DNA of 64,000 bases from an uncultured Acidobacteriota bacterium (GTDB taxonomy: Bacteria; Acidobacteriota; Thermoanaerobaculia; UBA5066; Gp7-AA6). Of this stretch, positions 8,575 through 17,396 are shown piece after piece; position 1 is the stretch's first letter; every line of letters begins with the position of its first letter. The stretch spans positions 20,731-84,730 of the forward strand of contig CAVXYF010000020.1 of assembly GCA_963765835.1 (NCBI GenBank), written 5' to 3'. Under the pieces are notes generated by a model. The model made no database searches. It was given only the letters and a program-made list of their open reading frames with translations, and had not been told where the DNA came from. The translations under genes were made by a program, and so were the position numbers.

Positions 8575-9395
8575 GGAGCCGTTTCCCTCCAGAACTGCTC
8601 GAGGAGATTTCCGGAGACGCGCCGGCGATACTCCGCCGTCGAGCGCAGGTCGTCGATCGGATTGATCTCGGCGTCCAGCGCGCGGCGGGCGTCGGCGATG
8701 CCGGCGCCGGAGGCGAGCACGGCCTCCGTCTCCGGCAGGCGCACGACCGTGGGCGCCACGCTTCCGAGCGACACGCGGGGGCGGTCGGACCGGACTGCCG
8801 CCATGACCACCTTGGAAATCGCCTGAGCCGCCCGCGTCCCGACCTTGCGGAACCACTGGCGCCCCTCGACCCGCGGGATCTCGACCGCCGTGATGAGCTC
8901 GTCGGGGCGGAGGACGCTCTGGCGATAGCCCGTGTAGAAGGAGTTGAAGGAAACGCGCCGGTCGCCGCCCGCGCTCGCGAGGATCAGGTTCGCCTCGGCG
9001 ACCGCGAGGACAGGCAGGCTGTCTCCGGCGGGGGAGCCGTTGGCGACGTTGCCGCCGAGCGTGCCGCGGTTCTGGATCTGGACTCCGCCGATCTCTCCCG
9101 CGGCCGCGGCGAGAATGGGCAGCCGGCGCCGCACGAGGGCCGAACGCATGATTTCCGTGTAGGTGGCCAGCGCGCCGATCGAGAGGGCGCCTTCCGAGAT
9201 GCCGATCCGGCGCAGCTCGGCGAGCGGCCAGAGGTCCAGGAACCTTTTGGCCGGCAGTGTCCCGAAGTTCAGTCCAACGTAGACGTCGGTGCAGCCGGCC
9301 AGCGGAACGAGGGGACCCTCGTCGCGCAACATCTCGAGCGCCTCTCGCACGGTGCGGGGCTGCAGGAGCTCGAGCCGCGAGACGGCGGTCCTCAT
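8571..9395 (-). CDS. Xanthine dehydrogenase family FAD-binding subunit
   Basis: LAGCTDV, LSIGALATY, IGGVQIQNRGTLGGNVANGSPAGD, RAAQAISKV, PIDDLRSTAEYRR. Confidence 0.9.
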   Translation of the reverse strand: MRTAVSRLELLQPRTVREALEMLRDEGPLVPLAGCTDVYVGLNFGTLPAKRFLDLWPLAELRRIGISEGALSIGALATYTEIMRSALVRRRLPILAAAAGEIGGVQIQNRGTLGGNVANGSPAGDSLPVLAVAEANLILASAGGDRRVSFNSFYTGYRQSVLRPDELITAVEIPRVEGRQWFRKVGTRAAQAISKVVMAAVRSDRPRVSLGSVAPTVVRLPETEAVLASGAGIADARRALDAEINPIDDLRSTAEYRRRVSGNLLEQFWRETAP

Positions 9396-9880
9396 GAAGA
9401 CGCCTCCGCGCGAACTCGGGGGATCCAGCGGGGGACGGCGTTGCGGTACTCCTCGTACTCGTCGCCGAACGCGCCGGCGAGGTGGGGTTCCTCGTAGAGG
9501 ATCACGAAGAGGTGAAAGACGAGCCACGCCACGGCGGCGAAGATCCCGATCGATCTCGACTCGAAGAAGAGCGCCTCTCCGACGAGCGTGGTCACGACCC
9601 CGACGTACATCGGGTTCCTCACGTAGCGGTAGAGGCCGACCGAGACCAGCTTTCGGGGAGGATCGACCGGAGCGAGCGTCCCGCGCCCCTTGCGGGCAAA
9701 GTCCACGATGCACGCGAGCAGCACGGCGGCCCCGGCCGCCATCAAGGGAACCCCGGCCCATCGCCAGGTTCCCAGGTGGGCGCTTCCGGCATCCCGGGCC
9801 GCGAGCATCCGGGGAATCCACACCACGGCCGTCCCCGGCATAAGAACCGTGAAAAACAGGGCCCGCAGGAAGAGGATCAT
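9392..9880 (-). CDS. Isoprenylcysteine carboxyl methyltransferase / PEMT-family membrane protein
   Basis: Hydrophobic helices with GRGTLAPVDPP.KLV..GLYRYVRNPMYVG and YEEPHL...FG.EYEEY...VPRWIP. Confidence 0.85.
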   Translation of the reverse strand: MILFLRALFFTVLMPGTAVVWIPRMLAARDAGSAHLGTWRWAGVPLMAAGAAVLLACIVDFARKGRGTLAPVDPPRKLVSVGLYRYVRNPMYVGVVTTLVGEALFFESRSIGIFAAVAWLVFHLFVILYEEPHLAGAFGDEYEEYRNAVPRWIPRVRAEASS

Positions 9881-10329
9881 CGCTTTTCGCGGCGCCCGCG
9901 ACGGGTCGCCGCCTGGTCCACCGCCCGGTAGATCGCGGTGTACCCGGTGCACCGGCAGATGTTCCCGGCGAGACCCCGCCGGACGTCGTCGAGGGTCGCA
10001 CCTCGCGGCAACGCCGCAGCCGCAAGAATCATCCCCGGCGTACAGATACCGCACTGCGCTCCGCCTTCGACGACGAAGGCCTCCTGCAGCGGGTGACGGC
10101 CGCCGAGTCCCTCGATCGTGGTCACGGTGCAGCCGCGCACCTGCGCGAACGGGACGAGGCACGAGTTGACCGGCATTCCGTCGACGAGGACCGTGCAGGC
10201 GCCGCACTCTCCCTCGCCGCACCCCTCCTTGGTCCCGGTCAGGCCGCACTCCTCGCGCAGGACGTCCAGCAGCCGCTTCATCGGGGCGGCCTTCACGTCG
10301 CGCGCCTTTCCGTTGAGCGCGAACCTCAC
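9877..10329 (-). CDS. Xanthine dehydrogenase family 2x[2Fe-2S] subunit
   Basis: GTKEGCGEGECGACTV, NSC, QCGICTPG and NICRCTGY; GTG start overlaps the upstream stop. Confidence 0.92.
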   Translation of the reverse strand: MRFALNGKARDVKAAPMKRLLDVLREECGLTGTKEGCGEGECGACTVLVDGMPVNSCLVPFAQVRGCTVTTIEGLGGRHPLQEAFVVEGGAQCGICTPGMILAAAALPRGATLDDVRRGLAGNICRCTGYTAIYRAVDQAATRRGRREKR

Positions 10330-12437
10330 GCGGCGGACCGGCCGGACGACGCGGCCATCACCCGCTCCGGCGTCGCCGGAATCTCGCGGACGTCGATGCC
10401 CAGGCTGCGGATCGCGTTGACGACCGCGGGAGCGGGTCCGTCGATCGGCATCTCGCCGACGCCCTTCGCGCCGAACGGCCCGTGCTCGTAGGGGTTCTCC
10501 AGGATCGCGACGTCGATCGGCGGTGTGTCGAGCGTCGTCGGCACCAGGTAGTTCGTGAGCTGCGCGTTGGCCATGCGGCCGTCCCGCATCGCGACCTCTT
10601 CGAGCAGCGCGTAGCCGAGGCCCTGCGCGGTTCCTCCCTCGATCTGGCCGGCGGCCAGCGTCGGGTGGATGGCCTTGCCGATCTCCTGGACCGCCGTGAT
10701 CCGCGTGGGCCGGATCTCGAACGTGACGGGGTCCCTCTCGACCTCGACGACGTCGCAACCCCAGCCGTACGCGCCGTACGCGTCGCCGCGGTAGGTGTCG
10801 TCGTCCCAGTAGAGGCCGTCGGGCCCGGTGTACTCCTTCGTGACGACGAGCGGCCCGTTCGCCGCGAGGTAATCGCGCGGTGACATTGTTCCGAGCTTCT
10901 GCCGGATCTCGGCCGCGCACCGTTCCAGGATCCGCCCCACGACCATGCACGTCCGCGAGGCGACCGTGGGTCCGCTGTCCGGAACGCGCGCCGTGTCCGC
11001 GGCCTCGACCTCCACGTTCTCGTAGGGGATGCCGAGCGCGTCCGCGACGATCTGCGCGTGCATGGTGCGCGTCCCCTGGCCGATCTCGGTGGAGGCGACG
11101 AGGATGCGCGCGCCGGTGGGCGTGAGCTCCAGGGAGGCCTTCGAGGCGAGCTTGACCTCCCCGCCCCCCGTGAACCCCGAGCCGTGGAAGAAGAGAGCGA
11201 GACCGATGCCCCGGTCCGTGCCGCGCCACGCCTTGCGCTTCGCGCGAAAGTCGCTCCGCTTCACCGCCTCGCGCAGCACCTTCAAGGCGCTGCAGTCCTT
11301 CTCGAGCTTCTGTCCGGTCGCGGTGGTGTCGCCCGGCCGGAAGGCGTTCGTCTCGCGCAGCCGCACCGGATCCATCTCGAGAGCCTCGGCGATCCGCTCC
11401 ATCTGCACTTCCGCTGCGAACTGCGTCTGCGGCGCGCCGAAGCCTCGGAAGGCGCCGTTCGGCGGCGTGTTGGTCCGGACGACGCGGCCGTGGATGCGGA
11501 CGTTGTCGCACCGATACGGCCCGGTCGCGTGGATCACGCCGCGCGAGAGGACGACCGGCGACAACGTCATGTAGGCCCCGCCGTCTAAGAGCACGTCGAT
11601 CTCGATCGCGGTCAGCCGTCCGTCCCGCGCGACGCCGGTCGAGTGTCGGATGACGCCCGGATGCCGCTTCGTCGTCGCAACCATGTCCTCGACGCGGTCG
11701 TACACGAGCTTGACCGGACGGCCCGACTTGATCGCGAGGATCGCGGCGTGCCCCGCGATCATGGAGGGGTACTCCTCCTTGCCGCCGAATCCGCCGCCGG
11801 TCTCGGTCTGAACGACGCGGACCTTCTCCTCCGGCAGGTCAAGAAGGACCCGGAGGGCCCGGTGGACGTAGTACGGACACTGGAGCGAGCCGTAAACCGT
11901 GACCCCGCCGTTCTCGGGCACCGCGATGACGCCGTTCGTCTCGATGTAGAGCTGCTCCTGCAGCCCGACGCGGTATTCCCCCTCGACGATACGGTCCGCC
12001 TCGGCGAGGCCGCGGGCGAGGTCCCCCTTCTCGATCACGATTTCCTTGAAGCAGAGGTCCGATTGCGCGGGGTCGTAGATCGGTTCGGACGGAACGCAGT
12101 CGATGCGGATGCCGGCTTCCGCCTCGATCAGCTTTTCCCGGTCCTCGTGCGCGATCAGCAGGATCGGCTCGGCGAAGTGTCGGATCTCGCGCTCGGCGAG
12201 ACAGGGCTGGTCGAGCTCGATCAGTGCGATCGTGTTCCGCCCCGGAATGTCGCGGCAGTCGGCGACCGTGAAGCCTTTGCGGTCGAATCCCAGATGGATC
12301 CCTGTGATCGCGCCGCGAGGAATCGTCGAGCGGATCGTCCTCGCGTGGAGCATGCCCGGAAAGGAGATGTCGTCGACGTACAGCGCCTGCCCCGTGACCT
12401 TCGCGCGCCCCTCCTTGCGGGGGACGTTCCGGCCCAC
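10326..12437 (-). CDS. Xanthine dehydrogenase family molybdopterin-binding subunit
   Basis: GGGFGGKEE, AFRGFGAPQ, EIGQG, GPTVASR, GQIEGG and GAKGVGE carry the Glu/Arg/Glu positions typical of xanthine-oxidising enzymes. An alternative start at 12509 would include a repeat copy. Confidence 0.9.
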   Translation of the reverse strand: MGRNVPRKEGRAKVTGQALYVDDISFPGMLHARTIRSTIPRGAITGIHLGFDRKGFTVADCRDIPGRNTIALIELDQPCLAEREIRHFAEPILLIAHEDREKLIEAEAGIRIDCVPSEPIYDPAQSDLCFKEIVIEKGDLARGLAEADRIVEGEYRVGLQEQLYIETNGVIAVPENGGVTVYGSLQCPYYVHRALRVLLDLPEEKVRVVQTETGGGFGGKEEYPSMIAGHAAILAIKSGRPVKLVYDRVEDMVATTKRHPGVIRHSTGVARDGRLTAIEIDVLLDGGAYMTLSPVVLSRGVIHATGPYRCDNVRIHGRVVRTNTPPNGAFRGFGAPQTQFAAEVQMERIAEALEMDPVRLRETNAFRPGDTTATGQKLEKDCSALKVLREAVKRSDFRAKRKAWRGTDRGIGLALFFHGSGFTGGGEVKLASKASLELTPTGARILVASTEIGQGTRTMHAQIVADALGIPYENVEVEAADTARVPDSGPTVASRTCMVVGRILERCAAEIRQKLGTMSPRDYLAANGPLVVTKEYTGPDGLYWDDDTYRGDAYGAYGWGCDVVEVERDPVTFEIRPTRITAVQEIGKAIHPTLAAGQIEGGTAQGLGYALLEEVAMRDGRMANAQLTNYLVPTTLDTPPIDVAILENPYEHGPFGAKGVGEMPIDGPAPAVVNAIRSLGIDVREIPATPERVMAASSGRSAA

Positions 12438-12451
12438 GGCTCCGGGAGGTC

Positions 12452-12493
12452 GGCGGCGGGTGCAGGCCCCCAAAGGGACCTGTCCCCGCGACT
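12452..12493 (-). repeat. Dispersed palindromic repeat copy between preA and the Mo subunit
   Basis: Reverse complement reads AGTCGCGGGGACAGGTCCCTTTGGGGGCCTGCACCCGCCGCC, near-identical to 5017-5058. Confidence 0.88.
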
Positions 12494-12539
12494 TTCGAGA
12501 GGCGCCCACGGTTGGGCGCGGATGCTACCGCACCGGGCG

Positions 12540-13682
12540 CTATTTCGGCGGTGCGCCCTTCAGTGTCCCGCTTCCGGCCGCGGCGGGCTCCTCGGTGTCA
12601 TATCCGCCGTGGTAGTGGGCCTCGTCCGGGCGCTTGATCTTGGAGTGCGAGACGATCCGGTTGCGCCGGATGCCCCGGAAGTCGTCCAGCTTCTGCCAGC
12701 CCCGGTGCGCGTTCTTCTCCAGGAACTCCTCCATCCCGCGGAGGAGGTTCTTGATGACCGTGGGTCCGACCGCGTGATCGAGCATGGCCGCGGTGCAGAC
12801 CTGGACAGTTCCGCACCCGAGCAGAAAGTAGTTCAGGGCGTGCGGGAACTCGGAGATGCCGCCGATCCCGGAGAACTCCTTGTCCTCGAACGCGCCCGTC
12901 ATCTGCGCCATCTTCGCGAGGGAGAGCGGAAGGATGGCGGGGCCGCCGAGGCCGCCGGTCGACACCAGGCCCTCCACGTTCATCTCGAACTCGAGAGTCT
13001 CCGGATCGATCACGGGCAGCGACGTGAACGTGTTGGAGGAGGAGATGGCGTCCGCGCCGCCGAGGAAGGCCCCCCGCGCCTCGACGACGATGTCGGTCGT
13101 GGACGGCGTGAGCTTCGCCCACACCGGGATCGTCGCCACTTCCTTCACCACCTGCGTGACGACCGAGATCAGCTCGTCGTCCTTTCCGATGTTCGAGCCC
13201 ATGTCCGGCCGGTCCATGTGGGGGCAGGAGAGGTTCAGCTCGAGCGCGTCGGCGCCGTCGTCCTGGCAGGCTTTCGCGAGGGTCTGCCAGTGGCGCATCT
13301 CCTCGTCGGAGCCGGAGCCCGCCATGATCGAAGCAATGAGGATCTTTTCGGGGTGCGCCTTCTTGATCCGCGCGAGGCGGCCGATCCACCAGTCGAGCGG
13401 CTTGTCCGAGATGAGCTCCCAGTTCCACGAGGAGTGGAGGGCCGCGCCCGGCTTCTTCTTCATCGAGATGTGGCCCGACGTCGGATCCGTGCGCATGAAG
13501 TTGGTCTTGGGACCCTTCACGTTGACGACGGGGTGCACGCCGATCGTCTTGGTGACCACGCCGGCCCAGCCCGCCTCGAACGCCCGGAGGATGTTCGCCT
13601 CCGACTCCGTGGGGGGCGCCGACGAGAGAAGGAAGGGATTCTCGAACCGGATCCCGGTGAACGTGACGGATAAGTCGGACAT
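12540..13682 (-). CDS. preA: Dihydropyrimidine dehydrogenase FMN subunit lacking the C-terminal ferredoxin domain
   Basis: ENPFLLSSAPPT, WAGVVTKT, NWELISD, ELNLSCPH, VWAKLTP, GGLGG, FSGIGG, VQVCTA. No CxxCxxC in the C-terminus. Confidence 0.85.
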   Translation of the reverse strand: MSDLSVTFTGIRFENPFLLSSAPPTESEANILRAFEAGWAGVVTKTIGVHPVVNVKGPKTNFMRTDPTSGHISMKKKPGAALHSSWNWELISDKPLDWWIGRLARIKKAHPEKILIASIMAGSGSDEEMRHWQTLAKACQDDGADALELNLSCPHMDRPDMGSNIGKDDELISVVTQVVKEVATIPVWAKLTPSTTDIVVEARGAFLGGADAISSSNTFTSLPVIDPETLEFEMNVEGLVSTGGLGGPAILPLSLAKMAQMTGAFEDKEFSGIGGISEFPHALNYFLLGCGTVQVCTAAMLDHAVGPTVIKNLLRGMEEFLEKNAHRGWQKLDDFRGIRRNRIVSHSKIKRPDEAHYHGGYDTEEPAAAGSGTLKGAPPK

Positions 13683-13684
13683 GG

Positions 13685-15022
13685 CTAGCTCGCTCCCGCA
13701 GCTTCGAAAGATTCGTGAAGAATCGACAGCGCTTCCGAGATTTCAGAAGCGTTGACCGTCAGAGCCGGCGCGATGCGGAATGCGTTCCCCTCGAGGCCGC
13801 CCTTGCCGATCAGGAGACCGCGCCTTCGAGCCTCTTCGAAGATCTTGTTGGTCAGCTCCTTCGCGGGCGTGCGGTCGCGAGCCGTCTCGTCGACCACGAG
13901 CTCCACCGCCTGCATGAGCCCCATGCCCCGGACGTCCCCCAGGTTCTTTGGAAACCTCCGCTTCAGCTCCTCGAGGCCGGCGCGCAGCAGATCGCCCATC
14001 GTCTGAGCATTGGCGGGCAGGCCCTCTTCCTCGATGAACTGGACGGTCGCGTTCCCCGCCGCGCACGAGATCGGGTTTCCGCCGAAGGTCGAGATCGTGA
14101 GCGACTTCAGCGACGCCGCGATCTCGGGCGTGCAGACCGTGACGCCGAGCGGGAGACCGTTCGCCACGCCCTTGGCCATCGTCATGATCTCGGGCTCGAC
14201 TCCCCAGTGCTCGATGCCCCACATCTTCGTCCCGGTGCGGCCGAAGCCGGTCTGGACCTCGTCGCAGATGAAGACTCCGCCGTACTTGCGCACGATCGCG
14301 ACCGCGGCCTCGAAGTACTCGGGCGGCGGCGTGATGAAACCCCCGACTCCCTGGATGGGCTCGGCGATGAACGCCGAGATACGGCCGGTGGTGGTCGTGC
14401 GGATGATGTCCTCGATGTCGGTCGCGCAGGCGATCCCGCACGAGGGGTACGTCAGGTGCATCGGGCAGCGGTAGCAGTACGGCGTCGGTGCGTGCTTGAT
14501 GCCGGCGATCTTGGTCGAGAGCGGCCGCCACGTGGAGTGGGCGGTCAACGATTGCGCGAGCGTCGAACGGCCCGAGTATCCGTGGCGGAGCGCGATGACT
14601 TCCGACCGCCCCGTGAAGAGCTCCGCCATCATCACGGCGGTTTCGTCCGCCTCCGTGCCCGAGGCCGTGAAGTACATCTGGCGCAACTTGCCCGGCGCGA
14701 TCCGCGCCAGCCGCTCCGCGAGCTCGACTACCGGAAGCGTGGGATAGAGCGTCGAGATGTGGGAGAGCCGGTCGACCTGCGCCTTGATCGCGGCGTTGAC
14801 CTTCTCGTTCCCATGCCCGACCGACACCGTCAGGATCCCGCCGAAGAAGTCGAGGTACTCGTTTCCGTCCGCGTCGCGCACCCGGAGCCCCTTCGCGTCC
14901 GTGACGACGATCGGCTCCTGGTAATACTGGATCGTGGCCGGGAAGAGGTACTCCTTGTGCTTCTCCCGGACGCTCTTCGTGAGGTCGGACGTGGGGCGGG
15001 TTTCGCGGCTGACAGTGCTCAT
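13685..15022 (-). CDS. Class III aminotransferase (AGXT2/PYD4-like; probable beta-alanine aminotransferase)
   Basis: YLDFFGGI.TVSVGH, SGTEADE, YSG, EPIQGVGG, DEVQTGFGRTG, MAKGVANG, STFGGNP; pathway context. Confidence 0.85.
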   Translation of the reverse strand: MSTVSRETRPTSDLTKSVREKHKEYLFPATIQYYQEPIVVTDAKGLRVRDADGNEYLDFFGGILTVSVGHGNEKVNAAIKAQVDRLSHISTLYPTLPVVELAERLARIAPGKLRQMYFTASGTEADETAVMMAELFTGRSEVIALRHGYSGRSTLAQSLTAHSTWRPLSTKIAGIKHAPTPYCYRCPMHLTYPSCGIACATDIEDIIRTTTTGRISAFIAEPIQGVGGFITPPPEYFEAAVAIVRKYGGVFICDEVQTGFGRTGTKMWGIEHWGVEPEIMTMAKGVANGLPLGVTVCTPEIAASLKSLTISTFGGNPISCAAGNATVQFIEEEGLPANAQTMGDLLRAGLEELKRRFPKNLGDVRGMGLMQAVELVVDETARDRTPAKELTNKIFEEARRRGLLIGKGGLEGNAFRIAPALTVNASEISEALSILHESFEAAGAS

Positions 15023-16431
15023 GACCTGGGACTCCTCTTCAGGAATGAGCCGGCGCCGGCTCTTCCGGTGAACTTTCCGTTCTCGACGACCACTTTGCCG
15101 CGGGAGAGGACCGTGTCGGACACTCCCGTGACCTCCCGCCCCTCGTAAGGGTTGTAGTCCACCTTCATGTGGAGCGTCTTCGCCGACAGCGTCTGTTTCC
15201 GGTTGGGGTCGAAGACGACGAGGTCCGCGTCGGAGCCCGGTGCGATCGTGCCCTTTCGGGGGAAGAGGCCGAAGATCTTCGCGGGCGACGTGGACGTCAG
15301 CTCCACGAACCGGTTCCACGAGATCTTTCCGGTCCGGACGCCTCCGTCGTGGACGAGGCTCATCCGCGTCTCGATCCCCGGCGCGCCGTTGGGGATCTTC
15401 GAGAAGTCGTCGCGGCCCAGCTCCTTCTGCTCCTTCATGCAGAACGGGCAGTGGTCCGTCGAGATGGCCTGCAGGTCGTTGGACGCGAGGCCCCGCCAGA
15501 GGCGGTCCTGCGTCTCCTTCGGCCGAAGCGGCGGGCTCATGACGTACTTCGCGCCCTCGAAGCCGGGCTCCTCGTAGTTGTCGTAGGAGAGGAAGAGGTA
15601 CTGCGGGCAGGTCTCGGCGTAGGCGGGAAGGCCGCGATCGCGCGCCTCCGTCACCATCTCGAGGGCCTCCGCCGCGGAGAGGTGGACGATGTAGATCGGA
15701 ACGCCGGCGATCTCGGCGAGAGCGATCGCCCGGTGCGTCGCCTCGGCTTCGGCGCGCGCCGGCCGGGTGAGGGCGTGGTACTTCGGAGCCGTATTCCCCT
15801 CGGCGAGCGCGCGCTGTACCAGCACGTCGATGACGCCGCCGTTCTCGGCGTGCATGCAGATCGTGCCGCCGTTCTCCCGGGTTCGCAGGAGAGCGCGGAA
15901 GATCGACGCGTCGTCCAGCATGAAGACGCCGGGGTAGGCCATGAAGAGCTTGAAAGACGTCACGCCCTCGCGGACGAGCTCGTCCATCTCGCGTTCGACC
16001 GAGTCGTTCAGGTCCGTGACGATCATGTGGAAGCCGTAGTCGATCGCGGCCTTGCCGTCGGCCTTGGCCCTCCAGGCGTCGAGCGCGTGCCGGAGCGTCT
16101 GGCCGCGGTACTGGATCGCGAAGTCGACGACCGACGTCGTGCCGCCGTGGGCCGCGGCGATCGTGCCGGACTCGAAGTCGTCCGCGGACGTCGTGCCGCC
16201 GAAGGGCATGTCGAGGTGCGTGTGGACGTCGATGCCCCCCGGGATCACGAACTTGCCGGCGGCGTCGATCGTCCGGTCGAGGGTCTGATCCGCGTGGGTC
16301 TGATCCCCGAAGGGGGTCAGATCCACATTTGGTGCCATCACCGCCGAAATCTTCTCGTCCTCGATGAGGACGTCGCCCCGGTACAAGTCGGTCGCGGTGA
16401 CGACGGTGCCGCCGCGGATCAGGGTCTTCAA
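15019..16431 (-). CDS. hydA: Dihydropyrimidinase
   Basis: GGIDVHTHLDMPFGGT, SFKLFMAY, MHAENG, ETCPQYL, YVMSPPLR, STDHCPF, IPNG.PG.ETR; TTG start overlaps the upstream stop. Confidence 0.94.
   Translation of the reverse strand: MKTLIRGGTVVTATDLYRGDVLIEDEKISAVMAPNVDLTPFGDQTHADQTLDRTIDAAGKFVIPGGIDVHTHLDMPFGGTTSADDFESGTIAAAHGGTTSVVDFAIQYRGQTLRHALDAWRAKADGKAAIDYGFHMIVTDLNDSVEREMDELVREGVTSFKLFMAYPGVFMLDDASIFRALLRTRENGGTICMHAENGGVIDVLVQRALAEGNTAPKYHALTRPARAEAEATHRAIALAEIAGVPIYIVHLSAAEALEMVTEARDRGLPAYAETCPQYLFLSYDNYEEPGFEGAKYVMSPPLRPKETQDRLWRGLASNDLQAISTDHCPFCMKEQKELGRDDFSKIPNGAPGIETRMSLVHDGGVRTGKISWNRFVELTSTSPAKIFGLFPRKGTIAPGSDADLVVFDPNRKQTLSAKTLHMKVDYNPYEGREVTGVSDTVLSRGKVVVENGKFTGRAGAGSFLKRSPRS
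16281..16325 (-). repeat. Palindromic repeat variant inserted in frame near the hydA N-terminus
   Basis: Minus strand reads GATCTGACCCCCTTCGGGGATCAGACCCACGCGGATCAGACCC (DLTPFGDQTHADQT), sharing the core of the 62327 array. Confidence 0.75.
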
Positions 16432-17300
16432 GTGGCGATCTCGGCCATCGGCTGGTAGGTCTCGGGACGGCGGTCGCGGAAGAACTGCCAGACCCGCCGG
16501 ACCTCCTCGATCATGTCGAGGTCCATCTCCGCCGTGATGAGCTCGTCCTTCTCCTCGGAGGCGACGGCGAGGAAGTTGCCGCGCGGGTCCACGAAGTAGG
16601 ACGAACCGTAAAAGCGCCCCAGGTTCCACGGCGACTCAACGCCCACGCGATTGCTGCACGCCATGAAGTAGCCGTTGGCCACGGCGTGCGCCGGCTGCTC
16701 CAGCTTCCACAGGTACTGCGAGAGCCCCGCGACCGTAGCCGAAGGGTTGAAGACGATCTCCGCGCCGTTCAAACCGAGAAGGCGGGCGCCCTCCGGGAAG
16801 TGGCGGTCGTAGCAGATGTACACGCCGACCTTCGCGTAGCGCGTCTCGAAGACGGGGTAGCCGAGGTTACCCGGCTTGAAGAAGTACTTCTCCCAGAAGC
16901 CGGACGTATGGGGAATGTGGTTCTTGCGGTACTTCCCGAGATAGGAGCCGTCGGCGTCGTAGACCGCGGCGGTGTTGTAGTACACGCCGGCCTGCTCGCG
17001 CTCGTAGACCGGGACGACCATCGCCATCTGGTACTTCTTCGCGTACTGCGCCATCCGCTCGGTCGTGGGCCCGGGCACCGGTTCCGCCATGTCGTACCAG
17101 TGCGGATCCTGGGACGGGCAGAAGTAGGGACCGTTGAAGATCTCCTGCAGGCCGAGAATCTGGACGCCGTTCCGGCCGGCTTCTTCGATCATGTGGATGT
17201 GCCGGGAGATCGCGTCCTCCCGCACCTGCTCGATCGGGACGGACGGGTCCGAGAGCGGCGTCGCGCACTGGATCAGGCCGCCGGTGACTTTACGGGGCAT
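16428..17300 (-). CDS. Beta-ureidopropionase (nitrilase/C-N hydrolase family)
   Basis: Catalytic triad motifs LQEIFNGPYFC, YRKNHIP and ICYDRHFPEG; lies between mmsA and hydA. Confidence 0.9.
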   Translation of the reverse strand: MPRKVTGGLIQCATPLSDPSVPIEQVREDAISRHIHMIEEAGRNGVQILGLQEIFNGPYFCPSQDPHWYDMAEPVPGPTTERMAQYAKKYQMAMVVPVYEREQAGVYYNTAAVYDADGSYLGKYRKNHIPHTSGFWEKYFFKPGNLGYPVFETRYAKVGVYICYDRHFPEGARLLGLNGAEIVFNPSATVAGLSQYLWKLEQPAHAVANGYFMACSNRVGVESPWNLGRFYGSSYFVDPRGNFLAVASEEKDELITAEMDLDMIEEVRRVWQFFRDRRPETYQPMAEIAT

Positions 17301-17321
17301 CTAAGAGCCTCCAGGTCGGTC

Positions 17322-17394
17322 GGAACACGGGACACGGGACACGGGACACGACCCGGGTGCTCTTCGTGTTCCGTGTTCCCTGTCCCGTGTCCCG
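17322..17394. repeat. Inverted array of GGGACAC/GGAACAC heptamers forming an intercistronic stem-loop
   Basis: GGAACACGGGACACGGGACACGGGACACG, a spacer, then CGTGTTCCGTGTTCCCTGTCCCGTGTCCCG. Confidence 0.85.
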
Positions 17395-17396
17395 GC

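Noticed and set aside
12438-12509. Longer start for the Mo subunit (GTG 12509)
   Set aside because: The extra residues are mostly repeat-derived and family similarity starts near VGRNVPRKEG. Not fully excluded.
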